The notes under the pieces are model-generated. The model saw only the letters and a list, made by a program, of their open reading frames with translations. It made no database searches and was not told the DNA's origin. A program made the translations under genes and the position numbers. From Paraspadella gotoi (Eukaryota; Animalia; Chaetognatha): 64,000 nt of DNA. The stretch covers positions 15,196,770 to 15,260,769 of the forward strand of contig CM119271.1 in NCBI GenBank assembly GCA_051294375.1, in the 5' to 3' direction. Numbering within the stretch: the first letter of the stretch is position 1; every line of letters starts with the position of its first letter. Shown piece by piece: positions 11,364-25,132 of this stretch.

Positions 11364-12841
11364 CTAAAATGGAAGAAGCCAAAAGATGAAAATGGAGAAA
11401 AATGGAGAAAATTGGATCAAAATGAATGAAAAGGGAGAAAAACAGGAGAGTAAAATGAAATAGAATGTATTAAAATGGATCTACATGGATCTAAAAAGTC
11501 AAAATTGAATAAAATATAGTTGAACATAACATAAAATAAATGAAAATTGAGAAAACCAAGCTATGAAATTCGATTAAAATGCTTTAACAATTGTCAAACT
11601 ATATGAATGAATATAAATTGATCAAAATGGATGAAAATGAATCAAAACAAAATGAAATAAACTTAAAATGAAATTAGAGGCGGAATATTAAACTTAAACA
11701 TTATGAATTCACAAAATGCCTCATCAAGAGATTTGGAAAACCTGATCCGCTACAATAACCTCACAAAAATGATCCTTTGAAAATTTTTTAAAAAAATTTA
11801 TTGTTTGACATTCATTAAAATTTCACACGAAATAAAAAAAAAATCTGTGAAGATTTTATTCTTTATGTTTGAATGGCGTGATATGTCTGACTTTTGATGG
11901 CGTAAAAATGACGCGAGTGGTTGGCGTGAGCGGCTGACTTGCGGGGGATTAGATTCTGCATGATTTAGTGACCCAGCGTGATTTTTTGGTAATTTTTTCT
12001 CGTCGGTTCCTTGTCTCACAGACTCGCAGTTTCCTCAAGAACGTCTAATGTCTCAGAAATGTTCGTATCACTTTCACGTGATCGCTTGACAGGGTCGGAT
12101 ATTTTGAATTCACTTTGTCATCTTATAAAGTTTAAGAAATTGTCGTGAACGCTCATCGGCTCGTGTCACCACCCGCCGTTCACATTTCGTTCACAGATTT
12201 AATCACCAACTTTTAATGATGAGTCACTTTCGAATCACCGACTGGTTTTTTAACGACCGGTTATTTTGAAAAAAGATTCTAATTGATTCGAATGAATCTC
12301 GATTAAAAATCACTTCACAGATATCATATCATATCATATCATATCATATCACATACTCTTTTGATCAAACATTAAGTCTCACCCAGAAAAGCAAAGAAAG
12401 TCATTTTGACTGCACCAGTGCACCCCCCAAAAAATGAAAAAACGTTCCTTTTATTTCCTCTGGGTTCAAAATTGAAGTTTAAGATTTGATAATTGGATTA
12501 GGGGTTACGGTTTAAGATTAGGTAATGGGAATATGGGTTACGGTTTTAGATTAGGTAACGGAATTATGGGTTACGTTTTAAGATTAGGTAATGGGATTTG
12601 GATATAGAATTCGGGTTAGTAATTATGGTCAGGGATAACGCTAGATATTAGGTTAAGGAACAGAGTTTAAATTCAATGTTATGGATTAGGAATAAGAGAT
12701 TAGAATATAAAAATTAAGATAAATATTGAGATTAAAATTAAATTCTGAGAATAAGGAACAGAAATGGGGCACCCTCGGAAAAGAGAGCCTAATCCCCACC
12801 ATCCACCACCCCGAACCCCCGACGCCACCCAATAAACCCAC

Positions 12842-12964
12842 CAGTCTGCCGGTGATCCCGTTGGAGGCCGATTCGAACGTCGACTCCATTCCTTCCATCA
12901 AGGAGTTGGCCAAAGCCGAGAGTTCGTCCATCGTCTTAGGTTCTGTCGCGTCCTCGTCCGCCAT
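12842..12964 (-). CDS. HSBP1: Heat shock factor binding protein 1 homologue, coding exon 1 (MADEDATEPKTMDELSALANSLMEGMESTFESASNGITGRL)
   Basis: Aligns by eye to human HSBP1 N-terminus ([38 protein letters not shown]); donor CTG|GTGGGT, phase 0. Confidence 0.88.
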
Positions 12965-14471
12965 CACTGGCTAGGAGGTGGATAGATGGGGTGGATAGAT
13001 GGGGTGGATTGGGAGAAAAAAGGGGATAGGAATTGGATGAGAGAGAGTAGGGTTAGATAGGTAGAGATTTGCGTAGGATTTGTAAAAACGTGGAGAGAGA
13101 TTTGGGGCCGGGGAATGGGTTAAAAAGGTTTGGTTAAAAAAGGTTTGATTAAAAAGGTTTGGTTAAAAAGGTTAGGATAAAAACGTTTGGTTAAAAAGGT
13201 TTGGTTAAAAAGGTTAGGTTTGGTATATTAATTAAAAGTGGGATTTAAGCAAGTTTTGTTTGAAAAGGGAAAAGATGTAAAAGTTAATATTATTATTGAC
13301 ATTGTATATAAATAGCGGATTTACGAGTAGATTAATTTTTTGTTTAGTTAGTGTCAGAGATGTTGAAGTTTTTCAATTTTATTTTGAGACTTTATAAAAA
13401 TGAATAATCGACGGTTAAAATTTGTTTTAAAATCATCTCCGAGGACAAAGCGTCCAACTAGCGAAAGGTGACAGCAATTGTGAAAGATTAGCCGAACCAT
13501 AATGAAAAGATAGAGACAAGCAAAATGATGATACTTTAAATGTTAAAAAAGATAAATTAACTATATTTTATAATGAGACAATTAATACTAGGTTAAAAAA
13601 GACAGCTAATGTTTCTAAGTATCGTACAATTATTTCAATATAGAGAAATACTGCAGCGAGTGAAAGGAAATCTCGTCCGTACAACGCGTCTAAAAAGCGA
13701 AAAAAGTGCGTACTTCGTCGGTCGAGTAGGCCGGACGGACGATTCGTGAGTGAAGAGCGTACGTGAGCGCCATCGTGCGGACAAAATGGACGAAAAAGGC
13801 GGACTGGACGGACAAAAAAATGGTAAGGAAAGGTGATGAGAGAAGAAAGTAAGAGAGAGACAGAGGGCGTCATGTAACGAGGTTACATGTTACAGGTTAC
13901 AGATTTACAATGAGAGATCAGGGTTGGATTTTAGTCAAATTTTAGAAAAGAGAGAGAGAGAGAGAGAGACAGAGAGAGAGAAAGAGAAAGAGAGAGAAAA
14001 GTAGGGTTAAAAAAATGTGTTGCAAAATGAAGAGCAGAATTACAATATGTATTAATAATTTTGTTATTATATGTAGTTTTCTTTACTTTTCTATTTTTAA
14101 AATATTATTATTTTTTCCATAGGCATAGGCCCCCAGATTTTTTATTCGTTCGGTTTAAGAATTTTTTTTTCTTTACTTAAAAAAAAACTCGACGAATTTA
14201 ACACTCTCGACTTTTATTATACTTACCTTTTTTTTTTCCTTTTTTTTCTCCTTTTTATCGGAGCCAAAAAGGAAAAAGGGAAAGAATTTTTATGGTCAAA
14301 ACATTGACAACTTTTCTTATGGACGAAAAAAAAGGAAAGAAAGAAAAAGGAAGGAATAAAATAAAAGAAAAGAAAAAGAAAAGAAAAAAAAGATTTTCTG
14401 AGGAAAATCCCGGAGAACTTTTGGAGTTTTTGTGGGCGACACGCGATTTCAAGGAAATCTGACAAAATCGA

Positions 14472-14544
<73 letters not shown>

Positions 14545-17039
14545 ATGCATTAAATCCCGGCCTGGGTTTTCTCTGGACCAAACTGCATCCGGTCTGAAAA
14601 TCCACATCCGGACACAAAATTGGTTGACCATTTTTGGGCATTTTTTTTCCGAAAGCAACCCATTTCTTTTTATTGATTCCTGAACTAAATTTTAATTTTA
14701 AAATCAAACCCAATCATGAACCTTTTTTTTAACTAATCCTTAACCCTAATCCAACTTATCCTAATCTTAATTCTTAACCCAAGTTTTTAATCGTTAATTC
14801 CATTATTCCTAATAACTCTTTTTAAATCCTAATTCCTAATCCCTAATCATCATTGCTCACCTCAGTTACTAAAAATAATCAATAATCGAATTGTTAACCA
14901 AATCCTTACCCTATTTTATAGGTTTAACTTAATCTTCAAACTTAAAAACAAATTTAATTTTAAATTTAAATTAAAACGGGGCGCTTTTAGAAAATTAAGC
15001 GAAAAAGTTCTACCTGGGTTAGAAAGAGAAAAGAGAGAGAGCTGACCAATGACCAGAGAAGACAGAAGTAGGTAATGAATGTGGGAATGAATGACTTGGG
15101 GCGGAGTTAACCTTGACTTTTATTCTCACGCACGATTTCTATAGTTGGTAAGTTTTCAAAGATTGGAAGAACTGGAAGCTAAGAAAGGAGAAAAGGACAT
15201 GACAAGAAAATAATAAATGATTCCTCTTGCAGTAAAATGTCTCATGGAATGATCTGAAAATATTCTGAAAGAAAAAACACTACGTATAATTTAATGTTGA
15301 ACTAGAAAATTTTATGAGCACAGAGAATTTATAACAAAAGTCTGAAACTGATAAAAAAATTGTAAAGAAGTTTTCCTCTGACGATTCGCCATTTTTAAAT
15401 TTTTTCTACTTTATCTCCTCAGCCTCATAAAATTTTTGTTGCCTTCTATTTTCTTTACTTTCTTCTTTTCTCAACTTTCTTTTCTCCCTTCCTCCCTTTA
15501 TTCCTCTCTCCTTTTTCTCTTCCTCCCTTTATTTTTCTCTCCTTTCTCACTTCCTCCCTTTATTCCTCTACTAAAACATCCTACCAAGTTCCTGTCTTTT
15601 AATATTTTTGTTCTACCTCCACCTTTTCTTTCTTTTTAATTTTTCTCTTCTACCCCCTTCTTCTGTGTTACCTCAAATCATTTCTCCCAATTTTCTTTTT
15701 CTTTCCTTCCTCTTCTTCTACCTCCTCCTCCTCCTCCTCCTCTTCCTCTTCGGAAAAAGCTACGGAGGTCAAAGGTCAACACGAAAAAAAGTTAAGGATC
15801 ATGAATTTCCTCTTTTCTTTCTCGATATACGACCGCTAGAGGGAGGGGGGGGGTCAGAGGTAGATTTTAAGGGGATAGCGATTTATCTTCATAAATAAAT
15901 CATAAAAAATCTAGAGGATTTTTTTTAGTTAAGGTTAAAGGTAAATACGTTTGAAGATATGAAATATAAAATAAACTAATATGGAACTTTAAGATCGAAA
16001 TAATATTCTTGATTATCTCATGGAAAGCAAACAACGAACATTAACCGAATGTCATAAGAAAAAAAAAGATACAATTCTGCTAAGTATAAAAATCAGCCAA
16101 TAAGAAATAATTTTAAAAATTATACTGATTTTTTTTTCTTATCTTGATAAGAAAAGTCGTAAAACGGAGAAAAAAGAAAGATTAAGGAAATTTGATGCTC
16201 TTTTATCTTTAATCTTTGATCTGTCGAAGTCGCATAAATCTTTTGGCCTAAAATAGATTATGGACAAAAAAAAACAAAACAAAACAAAAAAACAGCAAAG
16301 ATGACTTTGAGACTTGGAATATGTTTGTGCTCAACTCAAAAAATGAATATCTTATTAACTTCGAAATATTATAACATTTTGGATATGAAAAATTCAACTT
16401 TTGTAAGAAAACGGCAAAATTACTTTTTTAACAATTTAAAATTATTTGATTTATAACGACGGATGAAATATGATTTAAAAAAATTCATTTAATTCATAAA
16501 CTTAATTCATTTAATTTTAATTAACTAATCTACTTACTTTCAGAAAAAAATTGATATCGAAGAGAAGAAAAAAAAATTTGTTTCGATTTCGACGTAAAAT
16601 TTGATTCTGCGACGAAATTTCGTGACCAACGGCGACTTTTATACGACGATCGCCCTTCACGCCCCAGGATGATGATGATGATGATGACGACGACAACGAC
16701 GACGACGGCTGCGACACTGAATCTGGCGAGAAATTGATAAAGCAACGGGTTTTCGCGGGTTAAGTCGCGGGTTCGATTCTGATGAATTCAGACTGAAATA
16801 GTAATAAAAATAAGTATAGATGAAAATTTATTTTACTAATTATGAACGTCGACGACTACAATAACAGCTATGAAGGAAAAAAGAACAATAATTATTAACA
16901 AACAAACTTCTGTCTTATTATCATTAAATCAATAGTAAAGACAACAACAACTACAATAAAAACTACTTAAAACAAACACGGACAACTAAAAACTATACGA
17001 CCGGATCGTCTGACGAAGTATATTCATCTCTCCTTTTGT

Positions 17040-17148
<109 letters not shown>

Positions 17149-18249
17149 GCGTCTCTGTGTATAGATCTATATATTTATCGCTATTGACTCTGTCTTTCTG
17201 AATATGTGGATAAACTACTATAAAGTATTTTAACTTTTTTGTTCTTTTCAATTTCATGCTGATCAAAAAGAAAAGGTTAAGCTCTTCACTGGGGCCTTAC
17301 TATGAACGTCACAGTCGGCACAGTTTCCACAGTTGGCACACTGCATCCTCGACGTAGAAACTTCTTTTCAACTCTTTCCTTCCGCAAGAATAAGACCCCA
17401 AAACTATTGACACTATTTTCGGAAAGCAACCCATTTCTGGTCCCAACTTAATTTTAACCATAAGCTCTTACCCTAACCTTTTTTAAACTAAATCCATAAT
17501 GCTACTAAGATAGATGCTACCCTAAAATTAGGGTTTTTCTTTCCCCCATGCCTTCTCTTCCCCATAATTATCCTTTCCTCATTCCCGAATAAAAAATTGG
17601 GTCTTATAGATCGTCTTCATAACAACTTACCGGGGTACTTACTTACTTACTTATTTACTTACTTACTTGGGTCATGAACCTTTGATCCCCTCGCTGTACT
17701 TGTTTCCATTTTACCAATATATGATGGTATATATAATATATATATTATATATATGATGATACTGATGGTATGTTGTTCATAATTGACTTTTAGAATGTTC
17801 ATACGTAACATTCACTACGCTCTAATGAGTAATGACCATCTACTTTAAGACTTCAACCCTAAAAACCAAAGTCATAAAAGTCCGTCACCCTGATTCGTCG
17901 TTTTCGTCGTCGTGGGTGAACCGCCGCCTCGCGTGATCCAGTGATTCTTTCACCGAAATTCGGAAAAAAGGCGAAATCCGGGTCACGTGACGATTTCGTG
18001 ATTCGAGAGGAAAAAAAATATGTGATCACGTGACAGAGAATTTGAGAATCGTAAATCTGAGATATATGTGGTAAAGGGAAAAAAATCTGTGATCAGATAG
18101 AAAGAATAAAAAATGAATTCAAACCCAAATCAATTGTGAGAGTATTGTAAATTTTTGGCGTTAACCAGTGTGGGATGTATGAAAATGAGGTTGCTTGGTG
18201 AAGATAAAGATTTTATGTCAAGATGAAAATTTTAACAGTACAATTTTAA

Positions 18250-18490
18250 GCAGTACAATATAGTATTCCCCGATCTAATACTTTTCATACAATTGAAACA
18301 TTCTTTGAAATATTATATCACTTGATTGATAGGGAAGCCAGTTAGACTGGGAGTGAATAAACGAGACTGTGAGAGAGTCTTGATTGAAAGCTTGCAGAGA
18401 CCTGCTATGTCATTATCTTGTAAGAGTGATGGAGGCCTTAACCAATAACCAAGCCTGTTCAAAGTCTCGGGCAAGTTAGCTCTTTTAATA
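18250..18490. mobile_element. Longest visible copy of dispersed repeat R1
   Basis: Joins the GGGAAGCCAG...AATAAACGAGACTG...GATTGAAAGCTTGCAG block (also at 27960-28080 and 33365-33490, reversed) to the R1 core. Confidence 0.75.
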
Positions 18491-18762
18491 AATAATATAT
18501 ATAAATAAATATACTGTTCTTTAAATATTTAAATGAACTGTTTAATTCTATAAAATAATCACTTCTTTAGGTAATATGAAATTGGTACCAAAAAAAAATG
18601 TGTATATTAGTAGGACAGCGTGTCTTCGTGTAATTTGGTTTTTAGATAATTAATTAAAAAACCTTATGTTATCGAAAATATATCACTTTTGATCAGACAT
18701 AAATGGATTAAATTCATGTTTATCGAAAATATTTATTTTTGTTCGGGCCTTTTATTTAGAAT

Positions 18763-18824
<62 letters not shown>

Positions 18825-19748
18825 CAATTATGGTTTTTTTTCAAATTTTAATTAAATGTGTTTTTTTTTTCTAAATTAAAAAGAATATTGTGTGACAACT
18901 AAAAAGTCTCTCACAGCGATTGACGTTCCAGTTATGATAAGAATTCACAAAGCATCGCAGAGTTAACGTATAAACAGTTGCCGACTAAGATAGCAAAATT
19001 TAATTCATGCCCACTAGTTTCATGTAAACTTAAACACCTGTGCTTTTCTTAATTTGTGAAATGTCGCTTGAATCGCCTGCAGTTCTTTAAAGTTTAAATA
19101 ATGAAATTCTTTTGCATATTTCAAATATTGCTATTTAAAGTATTTCTTGTTACACTGATACACTGTTACTTTTATACTGTTAAACTGTTACATTGCTTCG
19201 TGTGAAAATATTTCTCTAAGTCGAGTTTATCTTTTATTTAAAACTTGAAAGACAAATGATCCGCTAGGCGGCGCTACGAGTATTATGCTTCCTTTCCTTC
19301 TTTTTAAAACGAACAAAAGAGAAGAAATTTCAATAATATATTTTATTAAAAGGAAATTGCTATGGGTTATTTAATTTATTTTCACAATGTTAAATAAAAA
19401 TAATGTAAATAAAAACCAAAAATTAAAATAAGGCTGATGAAATAATATAAATGTAGTCGAATCAATAAATCAGAACTAACGAAGATGATTTAGCTATCAT
19501 ATGATCCGTTTAATCAAAACAGCCTAACATTGATTAAATTAAATTAATGTCTTTTCATTCGAAACCCAAATATAAAGGATATTTTTCTTCCATCACAATT
19601 TTTTTTTCTTTTCAATTTTATTCGATACTTTTTTCTTTTTTTTTCTTTTTTAATTCACGAATATTTTTTCTCTTTCCTTTTTTCTGATTCCATAAATCTC
19701 TTTTCCGATTCTGCTTCTTCCTAATTTAATCCTCTCTCTCTCTCACTC

Positions 19749-19801
<53 letters not shown>

Positions 19802-19929
19802 ATTAGCATAAGGGAGAGAGGCTTTTGTCTCCTCCATGAATTGAAAATTCCTTACAAAAAATATCGCTGTCGATATTTCTCTCTTTGCTTCATCTCCCTC
19901 TTTATAAGTCCGAGACTGATCCTTTGCAG

Positions 19930-20450
19930 TCGCTGCAATATCTGCCAGTCAATTAGTGGTTGCCATCTATACCATTTGACTAGTGATTACCATATAAACT
20001 ATTTCCATCCATACCAGTCATTTAGTCGTCGCCATTTGTACCATTTGATTAGTCATTTCCATTCAAACTTGTCGTTTTGATGTTGCCATATCTGCCAGTT
20101 GATTAGTGGTTGCCATCTATAAAAGTTGATAGGTAGTTGCCATCCATACAACTTGATGATAGATTGCCATCCTTACTAGTTGATTAGTCCTCGTTGATAC
20201 ATGCCAGTCGATTAGTCATTGCTATATATACATACCAGTTGATAAGTCGTCGCCATCCATACACTCGTCGTTGTCATTGGTACCATTTGATTACTACTGC
20301 CATCTATACCAATCGATTATTCACTTTAATCCGTACGGATTATTGATTATTGATGATTAGTTTTTGCCATACATATCGGTTGATTAGTTTTTGCCATACA
20401 TACCAGTTGATTAATCGTTTCCACCCGTACCAGCCGATTAGTTGTTGCCA
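19930..20450. repeat. Degenerate ~28-30 bp minisatellite (TGATTAGT-GTTGCCATC-ATACCAGT)
   Basis: Recurring TTGATTAGT and TGCCAT motifs at a regular interval. Confidence 0.8.
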
Positions 20451-21272
20451 CTCACTCTGCCTCTCACTCTGCCACTCACTCTGCCACTCTGCCACTCACG
20501 CAATACTCATCTCAATTTTTTTTTCTGACAGAAAAGTTATCAAGAGTCAAGAGCAAAAAAAAAGGATTATATTTTTTTTAATTTTCAAATATTTTCAATT
20601 CTAATGAATGAAAACTCGAATTATATCTTTTGGAAATTGAGGAGGAAGAGGAGGAGGGGGAGGAAGAAGAGGAGGAAGAGGAGGAGGAGGAGAAAGAAGA
20701 GGAAAAGTAGGAGGAGAAAGAATAGGAGGAGGAGAAAGAAGAGGAAGAGGAGGAGGAAGAGAAGGAGGAAGAGTAGGAGGAAGAGGAGGAGGAGGAGGAG
20801 GAAGAGGAGAAGGAGAAAAAATAGGAGGAGAAAGAAGAAGAGGAGGAGAAAGAAGAGGAGGAGGTTAAAAGAATGATTCAATTTTTTTTGATATTTTCTT
20901 CCCTGCTGAAATTTAATAACCTTTCTTTTAAAATCTTTTTTCTTCTCTATTTTTTTTAAGTAATGAATTTTTTTACTTAATGTGCAACACTTTGCGCGAT
21001 TGATGTCTATGAAAATTAAAATAAAAATAAAAATTATCCATTCATTTAATAGATGGTGGTTTAAGGCCTTTTTAAATCATTCATTTCAAACAAGAATCTA
21101 AAAAAAAATGTTTTTAAACAAAACTGTTTCTCCCTTCATGTCACAAAAAGGTTTCGTCTCTCATTTTACAAAACAGTTTCTTCTCTCATGTCACAAAACT
21201 GTTTCTCCAACGAGCAAAACTGTTTTCTCCCTTCAAGAGTTTGTCAAGTTTTGTACACCCAGATGCATTTCA

Positions 21273-21383
<111 letters not shown>

Positions 21384-21454
21384 ATCATTTTCTTATTGCC
21401 TTCTACCATCTGATGCAAGGATTTTCATTGTCGATCTCATTATTCATTGTAAAA

Positions 21455-21501
<47 letters not shown>

Positions 21502-23123
21502 TTATCGTCGTCGGCGTTTAAAAGTCTGAAACGGATCTCGAATTCTTTTCAAGAAAAAAGTTTAGTGTTTTATTTATCAATGTCCGCTTACGGTAGACAT
21601 CAGGTATTAAAGAAATACTTGTTTTTAGATTTTAAACCTGTTTGAGGTTTCTTCTTACATCCGTTATATGAATTTATAATAATTATAAATAATACATTCT
21701 TCATAGTAACTTATTATTTTTGTAATAATAATAATATTTTCTTTCTTGTTAGTATAGTCTTATCACCACAATCCTCCTAAATTTCTCCTTATTATGTTAT
21801 TTTGATTTTTAAGTCTCTTTTCTCCTTTTATCATCTCCTTCCTCCCTTCTTACTTTCCTACCTCTCTTCCTTCTTCCATTCTTACTTTCCTACCTCGCTT
21901 CCTTCCTCCTTTAATCCCTTCTTACTTTCCTACCTCTCTTCCTTCTTCCATTCTTACTTTCCTACCTCGCTTCCTTCCTCTTTCCTCCCTTCTTACTTTC
22001 CTACCTCTCTTCCTTCTTCCATTCTTACTTTCCTCCTCTCTTCCTCCTCCCTTCTTACTTTCCTACCTCTCGTTACTTGTCCTCATTCTTACTTTCCTAC
22101 CTCTCTTCTTTCCTCCCTTCTTACTTTCCTACCTCTCTTCCTTCCTCCCATCTTACTTTTCTACCTCCCTTTCTCCTTTCCTCTCTTCCTCTCACCTTCC
22201 CAAAAATTCCTCGCTTCTTTACCTCAAGCTGAGACTCGAAATTACTTTCTTTCTTCCCTCATCTTCTCCATTTTTACTTTTACATTTTTTTTCTTTTTCC
22301 CTTTTTCTCTTTCATTAATTAAATTAAATCAAAGTCGAGGGTTTCCAAACCAACGTTTTTTGATAAGCGAATCAAAGTTTGGAGGTCGAATCGTTCTCCA
22401 TCATAGTTCAAAGAGAGCTCGAGTTGATGAAGACTTGTACCAATACCGAAAAATGTCTGTTTTTATTGTAAATAAAATAAGTTGTTGAAAGATAAACAAT
22501 TTTTGCTAATCTAAAACACAACGAAAGTGAAAGGAAAGCTATCGAATAATTAAGCTATATTAAATAATATAAAAGTTATATTAAATAAGCTATATTACCC
22601 CTGATTTTAGACAGGCGATGGTAGTTTAAGGCCTCCATCACTCCATCACTCCATTACTCCATCACTTCATCACTCCATTACTTTACCACTCCATCATTCT
22701 TATCTCAACCTTCCATATCATTCCTCTATCCTATCTTTTCTTTTCCATCTCTTTCCTCTCTTCCCTTCCCTCTCTCCTATCACTTCTTTTCCCCTTCTCT
22801 TTTTCCCTCTCTTTTCCTCTCTCCCCTCTCTTTTTCCAATTCTCCATCTCCCTCCGCAGATAAACTTGATCCCCAACGGATCCATTTGGCCTTTTTGTCC
22901 CCCCTGCTCTCCTCTCCCCCCCCTCGTTCACCATCCTCTCCCTCTCCTTTTTTCCTTTTTCCCCGCTTCAGATTCTCAGAGGACGTTTTTTGTTTACCAC
23001 CATCGCGCAACTCAGCCACTTTCCCCCCTTCCACCACTTTTCTCTCGAAAACCACCTGAGCTGCAAAATGAAACTTTTTCTTTTCAATCTTATTCTTTCT
23101 CTCTCTCTCTCTCCCTCTCTCTC

Positions 23124-23164
<41 letters not shown>

Positions 23165-23836
23165 GCTCTTCCTCCCCTCCTTTTCTCTCCCCTGAATCTT
23201 TAATGAGATTCGCGGTATTTTTTTTGTTTAGGAGATCGTGATTTTCGAGTCAAGAGGAGGGAAAGAAAGGTTGAGGAGGGTTAAAAGAGAGGAAAAGAGA
23301 GGTTGAGGAGGTTTTTAAAAGAGGGAAAGGGGGAATAGAGAGGTTTGGGAAAAATAAAAGATAGGAAAAGGCCGAAGAGAGATTTTGGAAAGCGAGGAAA
23401 ATGGAAGGAAAAGAGACGTTGAGGAGGGTTGAAAGAGAGGAAAAGGGAAAAGAGAGGTTGAGGAGGGTTGAAAGAGAGGAAAAGGGAAAAGAGAGGTTGA
23501 AGAGGGTTGAGAGAAAGGAAAAGGAAGGAAAGAGAGGTTGCGTCAACTTTTAAAGAGAGGTTACCGGTGTCAAAGTGAAGTTAAGACCGTTGATTAGATG
23601 GCAACAAGTTCAGAAGTGAGGTTGAAAACGTTTAAGAAAATTAAGAAAGAAGAAAAGTTAAGACAAATAAAACAAGTTTGAGCAAACAATGCCGGATCTG
23701 CTCAAAGTCATTAATTTTCAATTAATTTATTAAAGAATTAATCAATTAATTGATTAACTGATTTATTAAATATTTAATTGAATAATTTCAATTATGGCCC
23801 CTTTTAATATTGGTCTCTCGCTCTCTCTCTCTGTAG

Positions 23837-24332
23837 AAAGACTTGGCTTTCCCTCGTCGTAGGGTAAGAATGTCTCGTCGTGAGGGAGGCTCAACTGCAT
23901 CTGACAAGACTCCCGAACGTCGTATAAATATATATATAATTATATATATTATATATTTGCTTCACCACCGTTTCAGATCATTATCAATCCTCGTTTTGCA
24001 GAAATCGTGAGTTTCCTTGTCGGGACTCTGTTCTCTCCTCGCTCAGGGCGACGCATGTTCACTATTTGGAAACTTTTGGTCGAGATTCGGACGTTGGGAG
24101 ATTTGTTGATTTGAATTCCAGTCGGTGGCGGAAACTTACAACGTATTCCTCGTCTATCGAGAGATTGAACCCGGCGAAAAAGATCAAACTGCCAGGATCG
24201 GCCGGCGGTTGTTTTCCGTTGACCTCTCCCGATGGCTATTTGATTTGTTTTCGCCAACGTGTCTCGTTCGTGGACAATTTAACGCTGGCGTCCATCGATT
24301 GGTTCAAAAAAATGTTGGACTCAAATTTTTGA
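23837..24332 (+). CDS. Possible last two exons of an unidentified gene (23837-23921 and 23977-24332, 55-nt intron)
   Basis: CT-tract TGTAG acceptor; GTATAA...TTTCAG intron; phases join into KDLAFPRRRVRMSRREGG...HYQSSFCRN...LDSNF*; no recognisable domain. Confidence 0.35.
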
Positions 24333-24394
24333 AGGATCACTGAAACTGTCAACGTCTCTTATTTGTGGCTTGTTTAATTGGTTTCGACAGTAAT

Positions 24395-24611
24395 TATTGT
24401 TATGTGTTAGTGACAGAACCGTTCAATGTAAGCAGTCCCTGAGGTTCGGATCAGGCTGTAACACCATGTTACAGGGGGGTTAAGCGCCCCGTCCCTCTTA
24501 ACTGTTAGGCGACCACCGGGCTAGAACCCCGGACCTTTGGGTTGGGAGGCGTATGACTTGCCTCCGGCACCAATGGCCGCTGATGAACGGTTAGTGGATT
24601 TTAGTCCACCA
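24395..24611 (-). mobile_element. 217-bp tRNA-containing element with TAAT 4-bp TSD (Helenus/TRIM solo-LTR-like or atypical SINE), element A
   Basis: TAAT at 24391-24394 and 24612-24615; minus strand starts TGGTGG; 72-nt tRNA-like core at 24580-24509. Confidence 0.65.
24509..24580 (-). pseudogene. tRNA-derived module inside element A (Gly-CCC-like loop; not a functional tRNA)
   Basis: Acceptor stem GCGGCCA/TGGTCGC; CT-CCC-AA at positions 33-39; AGGTC variable loop; T-arm CCGGG-GTTCTAG-CCCGG; anticodon stem does not pair. Confidence 0.7.
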
Positions 24612-24929
24612 TAATACTCTAATTGATTTTAATTGATAATCATTACATTTTAATTTATATTAACCTCTTTCCTTTTATACAGATCACGTGATATTATTAT
24701 AATAACCAGTATCGGGGTTTTTTAAGAGTTACTAATCGTTTCCAATCCGTTAATTTGTTTTAAATCATTTTATAATAATCCCGCTATGATCGCTTGATTA
24801 GTGCTTAATATTAGGTGATGCTCAATTGCTCATGGCTGCTCGAATATGTGCTGCAGGTTTCGAATCATTATATCAGAACTGTCTATGAACCACTGACCGG
24901 TCACCAATAGTGCTATTATAGAGAAGAGG

Positions 24930-25132
24930 GAAAGATGCTCGACATCAATATCGGGGCTAAAAAAAATTGCGTTAAAGAGGTGGTTTCACTGTCACCTCAA
25001 TTTGCTGTATAAGAGCATACCCAGACAAATGCAGGCAGTAGTCGATGCTGAGGAAGGAGGAATGTTTTACTTATATTTTGAATACATTTTATTGAATAAA
25101 TGAATTATGTGGTATACTTTTTTCCTAGATAG
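24930..25132 (+). mobile_element. Degenerate 3' fragment of the same Tc1-like family, ending in the TIR
   Basis: TATAAGAGCATACCCAGACAAATGCAGGCAGTAGTCGATGC matches the transposase C-terminus (YESMPRRMQAVVDA); ends CTTTTTTCCTAGATAG followed by TA. Confidence 0.85.

Noticed and set aside
12495-12660. Interstitial telomere or chromosome fusion site
   Set aside because: TTAGG-like words are highly degenerate and recur with the R2 repeat termini at several loci
17264-17346. Cys-rich mini-ORF MQCANCGNCADC on the minus strand
   Set aside because: Arises from a short ACAGT-GGCAC internal repeat; under 30 codons and no supporting splice structure
20604-20881. Protamine-like Arg/Lys-rich ORF
   Set aside because: Entirely a degenerate (GAG/AAG)n tract, open on both strands because it lacks stops
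24509-24580. Functional tRNA-Gly gene
   Set aside because: Anticodon and D stems do not pair, T-loop is non-canonical, and it is embedded in a TSD-flanked element
24579-24611. Hammerhead ribozyme from CTGATGA (and CTGAGGA antisense in element B)
   Set aside because: No stem II-GAAA-stem III-UH follows; G-U pairing favours the opposite strand
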